The translations under genes and the position numbers were made by a program. From positions 1,736,001-1,800,000 of the forward strand of contig NW_027117339.1 in NCBI RefSeq assembly GCF_038025025.1: a stretch of DNA of 64,000 bases. Reading direction: 5' to 3'. Within the stretch, counting starts at the first letter, position 1. Every line of letters starts with the position of its first letter. Shown here piece after piece: positions 10,695 to 23,078 of this stretch. Source of the stretch: Phyllosticta citribraziliensis (Eukaryota). The notes under the pieces were generated by a model. The model saw only the letters and a list, made by a program, of their open reading frames with translations, ran no database searches and was not told where the DNA came from.

Positions 10695-12272
10695 TCAACT
10701 ATCGTACCAGGGGCTTTCCTCATACGACTCAAGGAGGAGATATGTCTCGTAGGGCATTCCTCGAGGAATCTTCTTGTCGGACGAGGACCGCAACGCAGTG
10801 TTGGTCCCCGTGGCGTCGCTCCTTGTCTTTGCGTCTTTGGCACGCTCCTTGCCTTTCTCCAATTCCTTGCCGGCGGCTTCCGCCTCCTCCTCCTGCAACT
10901 CTTTCAGCTTGGCCTCGCGCTCCTTTTGCTTCTCTTCCTCCTGCTCCTTCTCGTATTCCTCTTGTGTCATGTAGTACGATGGCTCAAAACTGACTTCCCT
11001 CCAAGCCTGGAACATTTTGCGCCAGTAACATGCTTGAGCTGCCGGCGTGAGGTAGCGATCCCGGAAAGTCTTGATGCTGTTGTCTGCGATGCGCCTGGCC
11101 TCGTCCTGGTGTTGGAGGTAGTATTCCATCTTCCAGTGCATATCTGAGAAGTCGCGCTCGACCTGGATGAAATTTTGGTTCGGCCCAGAGGGAATGAGCA
11201 GGTGGTGGAAGTTCTCCCCCCAGTGTAGCTTGTGAATGACTGTCAAAGAGTGACAGTTCAAGAGATACTTGAGACGGCCGGAATACGTGTGACCCTCGGT
11301 GTGGACCGGGAACATGTAACGACAGTGCTTGGACATTGGAACGAGGTTCTTGGGCTCCGAATCACCACCCCACTCGATTTCCTCGATGTCGGCCCAGCTT
11401 TTGCCCTTGGAAACCTTGAGCAAGTCAGTCCGAACCTGGACGGGCCCGGCCGGCGACTTGGCGCCTCTCCAGATTGCGCGCTTGTCCTTTTCGTCGAAAG
11501 GAATCTCGTCTTCCTCGATCGCCCGAAGAAGTGCGGTGTACTCGCCGGCGGGACCTTCCCAGCTGTAGAATCCAAAATCAGGCATGAGCCAGAGGTTCTG
11601 GTCGTGAGGCTCGCGCGTGAGGGCCCATGTCGTGGCAGAGGTGTTGTTTTCATAAACAGCAAAGTATGCGCCGTCATCCACCACAAATGAGAATTCGATG
11701 TTGGGAATTTCACCGGGATATGCGGAAATGGCGCGCTGGATGGACTGCAACACGGCGATGGTGCGCTGTCGGTAGTCGCGGCGCCGGGCGCCTCTGGCGT
11801 TGAGGATAAAGAGCTAGATGTGTCGTTAGCCTATTGTGGCGGCGACAGCGTGGTGTTGACGTACCTGGCGGTCATAAATCATGGCCCTGATGATGCCATC
11901 GATCTTCCAACCAATTTTGACGTCGGCGGGAGTGATGATGCCGACTTTCTTGCGATGAGCGACGGCGCGATCGAGCTCGGCCCACATGTCCGGGAAGGCA
12001 GCATCGCACTGCTCAGGCGAGAGGCCATAGTTGTGAGCATCTCTTGCGGGCTCGAACTGCCAATTCTCGGCCGAGCCGGGCGAGGTGTAGGAGGAAGAAT
12101 AGGAGGCGCCCGAGTGCGGATTCGAAACCGTGGGGGCGGAGTGTTGTTTCTCGTAAGAAAAGGGTATCGTGTCTGCGGAACGGGTGTTGTAGGTAGTGTA
12201 ACCCAACAAAAGAAAGATGAAGAGGGTGATGCCCGCGAGACCAGCGGCGCGCTGGTAGGTGAGCAGAGCCAT
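10695..12272 (-). CDS. Glycosyltransferase family 90 (CAP10/Glyco_transf_90), type II membrane protein
   Basis: N-terminal signal anchor; intron 11864-11814. Motifs IPNIEFSF, WLMPDFGF, AIWRG, HCRYMFPVHTEGHTYSGRLKYLLNC, RDRYLTPAAQACYWR. Confidence 0.92.
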
Positions 12273-14091
12273 GATGGCGAGCGAGGAAGGGAGGGCGCGT
12301 GGTGTCGTGGAGGTGGAGGCGGAGGCGGACAGCGAAGGGCGCGGTGGAAAGGGAGGGTGGGAGGAAGCGGCGGCGGCAGCGGAGGTTATCAGCGCTTGCG
12401 GGAGGATGGCGGACTTGAGAGAGAGAGAGAGGCAGGGACGACGAGATTGCTGGCCAGCGGGTGCGGGTAGGTATGGACAGCGGCAGCCTCACATCAGCGA
12501 CGGGCTGGCATTTTCCATGTCTTGGGCAAAGGCAAATGTTGTGGTGAGCCTAAAAAATGGCCGTGGGCGTGGGAGGCATCAGGGCAGACAGCAGTGGACG
12601 GCGGACGGCGGAGGGCGTGAGGGAGGCCCCGAGCTTTAATGGGCCCCGCCCACCTCACGGCTAAGCCCGCGCGCGCCCCTACTTGACCACTACTCCTGCC
12701 TGCGCATGTACTGTACCGTGTGTACAACATGAACCCGACCGATCTAATCATCTGCTGCGCCAGCCCCCCTGACGCTTTCTGCCAACGGCTCCATCTGTGC
12801 CTGATGTGGGTGGCCGTCTTTGCGGGGTTGTCCATACATTGCCCTCCTGTTTTCGTCGTCCGTCGCACACATCACACTTTGACCGCGTCGGTCGTTGCAG
12901 TCCCGTCGGTCCGCAACTTGCTCCGAAGACCTACATCCATCTCGACCCCCTCGACTGTACACTGTCCTGTATCGTATATCCTGACCGACCATCATCCTCC
13001 TAGGCTTGCCATCGCTACGACACCTAAACATCAGCCTTGACTTGTTTCCGCCTAGACCCTCGCACACCAAGGGCGACTGAGAAGGGCGGTTTCAATCGCC
13101 GCCCCGGATGCGGAGGAATGAGGCGCATCTTGATGGATGAGATTGATTGAAACCAAACGGCCCACCATATGTGCAAGGCTGTTCCTCTACACCTCTGCCT
13201 TTGACCAGGAACCAGTGCCATGGCCTGTCGCAGACCCTGCTCCCGTCGGGTTCGCGTAGCGCAAATCAAGGGATCCTCCACCATACATTCCTGGCTGAGA
13301 TGAACCCATGCCGTTAAGCTCAGCCCAACCACCACGTTGACTTTGTTCTGTTTCCTTCGATTCGGCAACTCATCCCGCACGGCTGCGCCTGCAAAAAAGT
13401 GCCGTGCCAATGGGATTTTTTCCACCGTCTCTTGGCCTCTCCAACACGTACAGTTACTTGCAAACCTAAATACTCTTTTTTCTGGCCAAGCATCCTTATC
13501 GTACTTGTATCTGCCTCCATTTCTCGTCACGGACTTGTCGTCCATCTTCATCTCCTTCTCCCAACGTTTATCGCGCAGATCAAATGTTGAGTTGCTGGCC
13601 GAGACTCTGACCAAGTCCAAAAGTCCAAGGCCACCACTGCTTAAGCCAACAGCGGGAGCTAGCAAACATGCCAACGCTGCTCCCACGGCCTTCTACGGAG
13701 CTGACTCGCTCCCTTGACCATGAACGTTGAGAAACACGAGCCAAGGTGGGGGCTGCGAGCATGACCATGTCCCTGCACGTTTTTGAAAATACTCATGGAC
13801 GACACTTCGTGCGCCTTGGACACATGCCTCACCATCTACGGAGCTACGAAACGTCAACAGCACTAAGGTGGTAACGTCTGTTGTTTTTCACGTGATGGCT
13901 TCTAGAGCTTCCCGTCTCCTATCAATTCCACCTAGTGCCGTCGGGCTGCGACGTCATAGGCTAGCTTGGGCAAGAGGGAGGGAAGGAGGGGAAGCGGGGC
14001 GCTCCGTAAGCACATGTTTCGTCAGCAACCAACACCACAGCGAGCGGCATCAACGGCATTGTACAACATGCGGTTTGTATCTCACTGGTCA

Positions 14092-14100
14092 CTATATATT
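14092..14100 (+). promoter_or_regulatory. Putative TATA box of the GST gene
   Basis: CTATATATT about 60 nt upstream of the ATG at 14157. Confidence 0.5.
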
Positions 14101-14156
14101 CGACTCCGCACGTAATCAACGCCTGTCGTCTCTCACAATTCCCAATTGCTTCAATC

Positions 14157-14992
14157 ATGGCTCCCGTCATCTTGTACGACCTTCCTAGCAGAGGCCGCCG
14201 CAGCTGCTGGTCTCTGAACCCGTGGAAGAGTGAGTCACAGTGTCCAGCGCAAGCAGATACCAATTCAATCAGCTGAACAATATCCAAGCTCGCATGGCTC
14301 TCAACTACAAGAACATCGACTACAAGACCGAATGGCTGGAATACCCGGATGTTGCCCCCACACTGTCGGCGGCTGGCGTGCCGCCAAACGACCCATCTAG
14401 CAACCCCGTGCCCTATTCGATCCCAACTGTGCGCCTACCGGACGGAACGTACATCATGGACAGCCAAAAGATCATTGTCGAGTTGGAGAAGCTGCAGCCC
14501 GAGCCTTCGCTGCACATCGACTCGGACGTCTTGCCCAGAGTCCAAGAGCTGATGCCTCAGATCATGGGCGCGCTTGTGGGCGTATTCATGCCGCGCACGC
14601 CACGCGTGTTGCTCGCCGACGTTAGCGCGACCTACTTCGAGGACACGCGTAAGGTGCGCTTTGGGATGCCTCTGTCGCAGCTCGAGAAGGAAAAGGGCGG
14701 CGCCCCTGCCTGGGAGGCGGCCAAGGAGCCGTTGCAGAAGATGGCCGCCCTGTTGAACCAGCAGAGTGGCCCCTTTTTCCTGGGCAACGAGGGTCAGTAC
14801 TCTCCGCATCACCGCCATCCCTCTTGATAGCTGACGCGCTTAGTTTCTTACGCCGACTTTGTTCTCGTCTCCTTTTTGGAGTACGCCAAGCGCACCGGGC
14901 AGGATGCCTACGATAACATCGTGGCTGTGGACAAGTCGTTTGACGAGATCTACAAGGCCTCTGCCAAATGGCTTGAGCGCGACGACCACTAA
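14157..14992 (+). CDS. Glutathione S-transferase, fungal GSTFuA/LigE-like (ustS-like) class
   Basis: Introns 14230-14288 (AAG acceptor) and 14793-14843. Motifs ILYDLPS..CWSLNPWKTRMALNYKNIDYKTEWLEYPD, YSIPTV, IMDSQKI, GPFFLGNEVSYADF. Confidence 0.92.
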
Positions 14993-16669
14993 TTGCACAT
15001 GCGAGATGACATGCTCGGCCTCGGGGCGACGACCACAAATTGTAGCGGACATGAACCTATTGTTGTTGTACGAGAGCACATGATTACCACGAGCCAACAT
15101 GAGAACATAAAAGAAAGGAATTGCAACCCGCATGTATCAATGAAAAAATCGTTTCAATTCCCAGATGATACTGCTGCCAAGACGCAGCAAAAGACATCGC
15201 TCCTGCACGCCCTGACGCGCGTCTTTGTCCACAACAACGCGCAACTATTCCAGCTGCTCAGCTGTTGCGCGTCCCGTGCCCGCGAGTCAAGTCTGGACCC
15301 TGTACCCACCGCTTTCTACATGTCCCGGTATGTGAGAGCAAGGCAACAGTGCATGCGGACACACAACTCTTTTTTCGTAATCGGAAAACGGATGCACATA
15401 GCTCGGGTAAATGCTCAATGTCGCCGCGCTGTGATTCGCCCAATTTATACGACGGCACTGACCAGCCTTTCGAATTGCAAAGGGCTGATCTTTCCGTGTC
15501 GTATGCACGTCTAACTCTTTCTACTACACGCGTTTTCAACCTTGTGTGTGCGCGAGGCTATGCCCGCCCGCGATGGGGTGCCAAATGTCGTCATGAGCTG
15601 GCTGACTGATATGGCCGTTTTCCCGCTGTAGCTGGGTGGTCGCTGCAGGTAGGTAGGTGGTCACTGGCCGTCGGAGACTCAACCGCGCAACACTGCGCTG
15701 TCATTTCACCTGTGCTGTATTTACTTGTACCGGTACCGACGAAGCAAAAGAACAAGATCTAAATGCACAGCCATCCAACCCCCCCGCCAGCCTCCTTGAC
15801 ACCAACACACCTCTCTCCCCTCTCTGGAGACATCTGCGCAGCCGCCCAAGCAAAAACAAGAACGAAGGGTAAAAAAAAAAAGTAAAAGGCGAAGCAACGC
15901 CAAGGCCAGAAAAGCAATCAAGCAATCATGCACCGGACGAGCTGAGCGAGCTGGGCCGCCGTGCCGCTGTCCAGCTACAAACCTGAGCTGTCTACAGGGC
16001 ACGACTGGCCTCCCGCGCGGCCGCCGTACATGTTGATGTGACTGAAGAAGCAAAATGCCAACCACGTCCAAGGGCTTGACATCTTCCGTCTGCTCAATCC
16101 CACGTCAATCTGATCCAGCTTGTGCTGCATCCTAATTTTCTTTTCTTGTCGGGCTGAGGGGAGAGATGTGACGGTGACAAGGGATAGGAGAGGAAATGCC
16201 AAGAAAGGAGACGGCAAACGAGCACCAAAGGCACGCAGGAAACATTGACTCCATCATGGCACGGCAAAGATGATGGACAGGAAAATGTCAAAACTAAATG
16301 TCAAAACTTAAGCCTCTATTCACTCTACCATACTTTACTGCACTTGCTTGCTCGCTCCAACGTACAGTACAGGATCAACTCGTCCACATTTCTCAAAAGA
16401 AAGGAAAAGGAAAGCATTATCCCACCCACGAAGCAACAGCGAACAAGCCCCGCCCAGCTACTTAGCTACGCAGCTCCCAAACGCCACAGCACAGAATACC
16501 TCTTTTGTCTTTGCGATTTCTCGCCGACATTCCGGAACAGGCTGCTCAGAAACCCTCGGCTAGAGACACCGAAAGAACAGACGAGACAGGACGCGAGATC
16601 CAGAGAGCCGTGCCGTTTGGCAGTACGCTACCGTCCTCACCCCACGTCATGTCTCACTTCGGCCAATCT

Positions 16670-18997
16670 TCACTGGCCGTCCGCCTTCGCCTTCTTCCTC
16701 TTCCAGCCGGTGTGAAACAGCTTGCCCATCTCAAAGCGCGGCAGCGGGTGGGCCTCGGTGTTGAGCACCATGTCCTCGAGCGGGAGAACGTCATCGGGCC
16801 CAAACAGCAGGTAAAAGTACTTGAGCGTCTCGGCGAGCCAGAAGCTCTCCATGTTGTCGCGCATGCGCGGCGGCACCGTCGTCACGTCGTCGAGCGACGT
16901 GAAGCCCTCGCCGCTGTCCTCGCCCTCTGACGAGTCCAGCAGCGTGTGCCGCACGAATGCCTCGAACATCTGCCATCCCCACTCGCGGTACATGTCGTCG
17001 CGCGTAACGCGCCACATGTAGAAGAGAGACTCGACCGTCTCGGGCCGCTGCAGATTGTGTCGGTCCGCCGGCTTGATATCGTAGTCGCTCCGCCACGACG
17101 CATCCGGGTCGTCGCTGAGGTCGGCGGTCGGCGCGGGAACAGTGTCCTTCCAGGACACGGGGTTGCGAGGCGGGTCCCAGATGTGGAAGTAGGCGATTTC
17201 GGGCGCGAGCCCCGTCGCCGTCACTTTGTACATGCCCCAGCAAGTCTTGGTAAGCTCGCGCGCGAGCTCCATGTCGTCCTCATCCTTTTGCGACCAGGTA
17301 GGCGATTGCCGCGCTTCCGCAAGAGTCTTGCCGCCTGTTACGGCCAGAGCAATGGTGCCCGGCATGAAGCAGACCAAGTGGTCCATTTTTGGAGAAAGCT
17401 CGCCAAGGAGACCGCTTGGCCTTTCGGCCAGGACGGTCAAGTTGGAAGGGTAGGAGTAAGTTAGGAGGTTTCTGCGGATGCCGCCCATCGACTCTTCCCA
17501 CATTTCGTGGTAGACGGGCTCTTCCTTTCGGGTCTGCAGGTATTGCTTGATCAGGTACTCGTAGTACGAGTCCCCACGACTGCCCAGGCGAATGTTGGAA
17601 CCCTGGAATCGGCCAGTGTCGGGTTGGAAGAAGATGGGAACAAGGCCATCCTCTGCACCGGCGTCATCGATGGCCTTCATAATGTTCTCAGCCTTCTCCC
17701 AATAGTGCGTCTCTCCAGTCAGCTTGGCAACATATTTCATTTCCAGCTGGAGACTGGTTGCTTCGGCCGTGGACGACGCTCCTGCATCGGCGTGAGACTT
17801 GATGCCTTTTCTGGACTTCAAGTTGACACTGGCATATGGTACGCCGGTATTAGACTCGTAAGCGCCGAGCAATCGGTCGGCAAGGTCAATGGCCTTTTCG
17901 AGATAGAGATCTTCGGCTCCAGATCCTTCGGGAATGGTAATGGGAGCGTAATGAGGGAATTCGCTTGACAGATAGTGCGCCGAGAGCAAACCTCCCAGCA
18001 TGCGAATGGTCGTCTCAAAAGTGTTCACCTCGTGATCTTTGTCGTAGTCCAAAGTGAGTGAAACCCACTCGCGGGCGTGTGCCAGCTGGGTTGTCAAGTT
18101 CATGAGAATTAGCGTGTCGAGAGCGTCAACGATGATCCAGCCCATGCCCCCTGGAACCATCTGGCGGCCCTTTTTCGACTTGGGGTGGAATTCGTCATAG
18201 CCTGGACTGTGTTAATTGCAAGTCGCCCGTGGCTTATGTCGCATGGGGGATTCCTACGTACCCCAGCCGTACTTCTCGTAAGCCTCCCAACTGATCTTGA
18301 ACGCATCGCGTACTCTTTCTCTCCGTTCTGACCAGTCTACTACGGCCGGTGGTTTGGATGAGAGCATGTTTGTCAACACAGTCTGTCCCGTCTTGACATC
18401 CGACCTGCTCCTGTCCGAACCGGAAAAGAGGCCCAGCCAGTACACCATGGTGAAGATGCCAAAGGCGATTATTATCCATGCCCTTTTTCTTCCAAACCAT
18501 CCTCGCCTCCCCGACGCCGCATAGTTGTATGGCTTGTCCTTGTACATTGGCAGTCCCTTTCCTTTCCCCATCATGCCTCCGAGGCTATCGGACACTGACG
18601 AGCCTGCCGCGGCGGCAGCAGCATAGGCACCGCCAGTTGCGTTTCCACTCGCGCTTCCATTGCCCGCGGCACCAAAGCGCGAGCGACCTGAACTAGCCCA
18701 GACGGCATCTTCGTATGTGCGCTGGGGCTGCTCGAAGTTGGGCAAGTTGCGCGGCACGGTAAACGACATGGCGTCGGTGGTGGATTGCTGCAGCGACTGC
18801 CACTGCTCGCTTGACTCGATGGCCTTTTTGCTGCTCTCGATGGCCTGCTTGCCGCTGTCGAGAGCCTGCTGGCCCGTCTCGACTATCTGCCGCGAATACT
18901 GGGTCGCAGTGCGCGTGGCCTGCTGCTGCAGTAGGGAGAAGGCGTTCTTCGGGGCGATGGAGGGTCGGAGGTTGAACGGGTCCCGGTTTATATTCAT
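16670..18997 (-). CDS. MNS1: GH47 alpha-1,2-mannosidase (ER mannosidase I-like), type II membrane protein
   Basis: TM segment WIIIAFGIFTMVYWLGLF; intron 18261-18202. Motifs WGYDEFHP, DALDTL, FETTIRMLGGLLSAH, GSRGDSYYEYLIKQ, MDHLVCF, LQRPETVES, MESFWLAETLKY, NTEAHP. Confidence 0.95.
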
Positions 18998-20135
18998 GGA
19001 CCACCGACGGGATGGCGGCGGTTACGGAGATGGTAAGCCAAGGGGCAACGAGTGACAGGAGGTCTGTTAAAATATATGCATTGAAGAAGGAAAGGGCCGC
19101 GACTGTGGTGGTGGAAATGGCCTTGGTCGGGGGTCGGCGGTGATTGGCGGAGGAAAGCAGGCATGCCAGCTGGCCCTTCTCTCCCTTGTACCGTAGCGGC
19201 TGCGCCTGTTCTCTGCATCCTCGGTTGCAGCGTGTTGTAGACAGAACAGGAGCAATTGAACGCGACGCGCCCGAGAAAGAAGTTAACCAAGGGCCAAGTT
19301 GACCAAGAAGCAATTTCAAGAGCTTAGTACCAATCAAGTTTCTGACCAGCGCGTTGGACAGGAACGGCGGCAATGATATCATGACGGATGTTGCATCGCA
19401 GCATTGGCATGGAAGCTTTCCCCCGATAAAGTGCACGACTTTAAAACATTCGTGCTCTTCGACGAAACGCAGTCCTTGAAGCAAAGTGCTATTGTTGGAT
19501 GCTTTACGATCACGGCCGAGTCGTCAAACTAACCCCTGACATGAAACCCCCTGGCAAAACACTTTCTTCGGGGGTGCATTGTTGCGCATCAAGCTTGGTG
19601 TCTATTACAACTCTCAAAATACCTTCCTCATCATACTCCGGCAATGGCATTCATGACCGTCAAACCTGTTCGGCGTCCTTGGTCCACCACCCCAACATCG
19701 CTCAGAATTGCCCGACTCGAAATTCTGGTTCTCAATTATTCCGCCTCCGGAAGAAACAAGTGACACGATGACTGACGTTCGCATTTCATGCGGTCAACGT
19801 GTTTTCCGAGCGGGAAAGTTGTTTCCACAGCCTGTCTGACGCCCAGTTGGCCGGTCTAAGTCGAGAAGAGGAACTGGAGTAATGGTAATGGCAATCGTAA
19901 CACTTCGTATCCACAGTAGCTGAAAGCACCCGTTGCAGCTGGGCGAAGGATATTTGGAGAATTTTGGCGTCATGAATTGGCTTTTGAACCGTGAAAGACA
20001 ATCCCATTGATGACGCCGGGAAGCTTTTTTCTAGCTCCGTGATTTATGCCACAAAGGAAAACCCCGCGTTCCGTAGCCCGTCATCGTGGCGCTTCCGCCA
20101 TCAATTCCACCCAACACTCATTTTTGTGTGGGCAT

Positions 20136-20733
20136 TTATGCCTTCTTGCCGCTGGGGACGTCCGTGATGGTAAGTCCTGGAACCGCCTGTTAGAAGATGA
20201 CCGGGGGTTGGTATTTGATTTGGCATAGACGTACCCGGGGGAAGCGACTGCTTCAGCTTCTCGGCCTTGTCCGAGTCCTTGAGGACGAGGGTGTAGAGGT
20301 AACGGTGGCAGCGGACCTTGAACTTGATCTGCTGGCTCTTCTTGTTCTTCTTGATCCTGGCCGCTGTGTCGTGTGTTAGCGCACTGCTCCATACATCCAC
20401 TCGATGCTTCGTGGCAGGTCCATCGGCTCCTCTGATATCGAATTGGGCGCAGCAGCCGATTTCCATTCATGCGGGACATCCGAGCGCTCTCCAGAAGTCA
20501 ATCTCTTGTCCCACCACCGGACAGTATCCGACCTCGTTTCTTTCCCCAATCCTGCTCCAACGATGTCTTTCACGGGTATTGCACCCAAAGCTGCGCCCAT
20601 TCCAACCCAGTTTGCCAGGTGTTGCCGACGCGATCTAGACTCGAGGTCGGTTGGAGAGTGAAAACGTACAGGAAGCGTCCTTGCGGCGGCAGATCTCGAT
20701 GAACTGCTTGATGTCGGAGACCTCAGAAGGCAT
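20136..20733 (-). CDS. RPL38: 60S ribosomal protein eL38
   Basis: Introns 20669-20364 (306 nt) and 20234-20177. Product [77 protein letters not shown]. Confidence 0.97.
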
Positions 20734-20892
20734 GGTGGGCGGATTGGTGATTAGGGACGGAACGGTGATGTCGGGTTGAGATGTTGTCGTCGTCACGGAT
20801 TGCTCCAATATTTTCGGTGCGTGGTGTTGCCCGGCGATTGCCTCGCTTAGCACGTCCGAGCGTCACGTCTGTCGACCTCGACCGGGAAGAGG

Positions 20893-20902
20893 CAGTCACG
20901 TG
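20893..20902. promoter_or_regulatory. Homol-D-like/E-box element upstream of RPL38
   Basis: CAGTCACGTG 160 nt upstream of the RPL38 ATG, resembling the CAGTCACA Homol D box of fungal ribosomal protein promoters. Confidence 0.35.
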
Positions 20903-21376
20903 CGAGATCTCGACGTCCCCATGAATCTGAATTCTTTGTCTCTGAAGCTCAAGACTGTCAATCTATGAATTTTAAAGATGGTGTATGATGGATTGTGGTT
21001 CATTTGCAGGTTTGATCCATCAAATCCCTGTCTTTACTATTTGACCCCTCTGTTCCATGTCCAAGTTCACGGGTACACTGGTTTTCGGTAGCGACAAGCT
21101 TGTCAAGTCTTGGAAAGTCGATTTAATATCTAGTAAATGTCGTAACCTACAGGACTTGGAGCTGGAAAACATGTTGGATCTCCACATCAGAATTCAAGAT
21201 AATGTTGGACAAGTGTATTGAAATGTCCCGCTGTAGAAGAGCTGAGAGAATGACGATTGTGCGCAGACATCCAGTTCTTCTTCACTTTGGCAGAGTTTTG
21301 ACCCCACTGATGGAAGACCGCGGATTTTTCTCAGTGCCAAAGACGCAACCCTTTCGAGGAGAGCCCCGCCGGAACC

Positions 21377-22064
21377 TTAAAGAGCCAGCAGTCCTGCAAG
21401 CGCGAAACTGAGGCCGACTCCAGCATAACTGCCCGGACAAATCGGCATTGCAGCAGCAGTGGGAGAAGGAGAAGCACCAGTAGCCCCTGGAGTTGTAGGA
21501 GTACCTGGAGTGGTTGCGTTTCCGGTGGGTGCTGCGCCGGTAGGTGCAGCTGATGACGGGGGAGCCGTGGAGGTCGGGACCGAGGAGGTGGAGGATGGAC
21601 AAGTAGCAGTCGTGGGAAGATCATTTACACCTCGAGGTCTGCAAAGTCGATTGGCGAAGTCGATGACATCTACAAGGGTCAAGTCAGTATGGAGTGGTTT
21701 CCTTCTTAAGCGTCTGGGACTTACTAGTCTGATCGTCCAGATTGCATCTTTGCGAAACACAACATGCAAGTCCGGCTATCAATGGCTTGTTGCCGCAAAT
21801 GCAAGCAACATCGAGCGTCTGACAACCACCAAAGTCGTTTCCCACGCAAGATTGCTGGAATATGTTAGCGACGCAGTGAAGATCGAGACGAATTCCTCAA
21901 AAACAAAACAAGGATAACTCAGGTCCCGAAGACATTGAAAGTTGTACGGGAAATCTCGAAAACCGCATCAGGTCTTCACTTACAGCGCACACAGGTAAGA
22001 GCTGAGTTTGTGCTGCGGCTACACTTATATATCCAAACACCAGGATCGCCACTGAGAGAAGCAT
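21377..22064 (-). CDS. GPI-anchored CFEM-domain cell-surface protein (167 aa)
   Basis: Introns 21983-21855 and 21724-21670. Signal peptide MLLSVAILVFGYISVAAA. CFEM domain PVCAQSCVGNDFGGCQTLDVACICGNKPLIAGLACCVSQRCNLDDQTNVIDFANRLC. S/T/P/A-rich stalk and hydrophobic GPI-type tail GVGLSFALAGLLAL. Confidence 0.92.
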
Positions 22065-23078
22065 GTTGATGACTTGGTTGTACCGTTATAACAACGAGTT
22101 TGTGGACGCGCGCTGGCTGAGTTCTTGGGGTACCACGACGGCTAGACAACAGATTGAAAAACTCCTTGGCCCTGTACAACTCAGCCTTCACCGCGGGGGA
22201 GACGCCATACTAATATATGCGTTAGAGAGCTTCTGACCTTGTGCGCTTAAACAAAACAAGCATCGTAGCTACAGGGGGCCTTGCTCGTGTACCAGATGAT
22301 TATTGGAGCAATACCTTTGAAGCATGCCCCCTGTCCAGCTCATTGGTTGGTTGAGATGCCTGAGGCCGAACACCGATGACAACAATCGCAAACCGGTCGG
22401 AAGCAGATCGTCCAAATGCCGTGGGGTGTGCTTCAAAAAAGAAGAGAACACGCTCGGTCGGCAGTGCGGGGTTTCGATCATAGGGGAATGCCTGTGTTTG
22501 CATCCCGCTCTTCCTCCAAGTCCGACGTCAGGCACGTGTGTTTAAGCTCTCGTCAACCCGGCCGGGACATCCGCTTCTCCCGCCCAAGCCTTGCTTTCTC
22601 GTACCGGCTTTGCCAAGGGTCTTTGGCGTCTGCGCTCATTCGCGCACGTAGCGCGCGTCGTCTTCTTCTTTGTCATCTTGTAGATGTGTCTTTTGCCCTT
22701 GCCCAATTACCAAGCACGCCTTCCGGATAGCTGGTTGTCGAGTGTCCGAGCACAACGCTCATCCAGTAGATAAGAACTCGCGTCCAAGCCTGGAGGATCC
22801 GAATGAAACACAGGTGGAATGCCATGAACGACTGGGATCAGGCGGGGAAAACTAGATGTGACTTCAGAAATCATCGATTGTGAACCGTGGGTTATCAGTC
22901 TTCGAAGAGCTCAAGTCTTGACCAACGCGAATGTCGAATGACAACAGCGCTAGTCATGATCAACGCAAACTTCCGCGCTGCTGTGAATTCGATGCGAGGG
23001 AAGATGGCAAAGCCACTGAACTGAATCTTCGGTCTCGTTTTTGGAGTGGACAAATCAAGGAGTTTTCAAAGTTGCGGA

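Noticed and set aside
20101..20190. Alternative 3' splice site in RPL38 intron 2 (CTAAC-AG) giving a different C-terminus
   Set aside because: The AG directly abuts the branch point, too close for use. The downstream CAG gives the conserved L38 end, and the alternative tail has no targeting signal.
21459..21917. 152-aa plus-strand ORF, and many similar long antisense ORFs over the CDSs
   Set aside because: Shadow ORFs opposite real GC-rich genes (here the CFEM gene), with no independent motifs.
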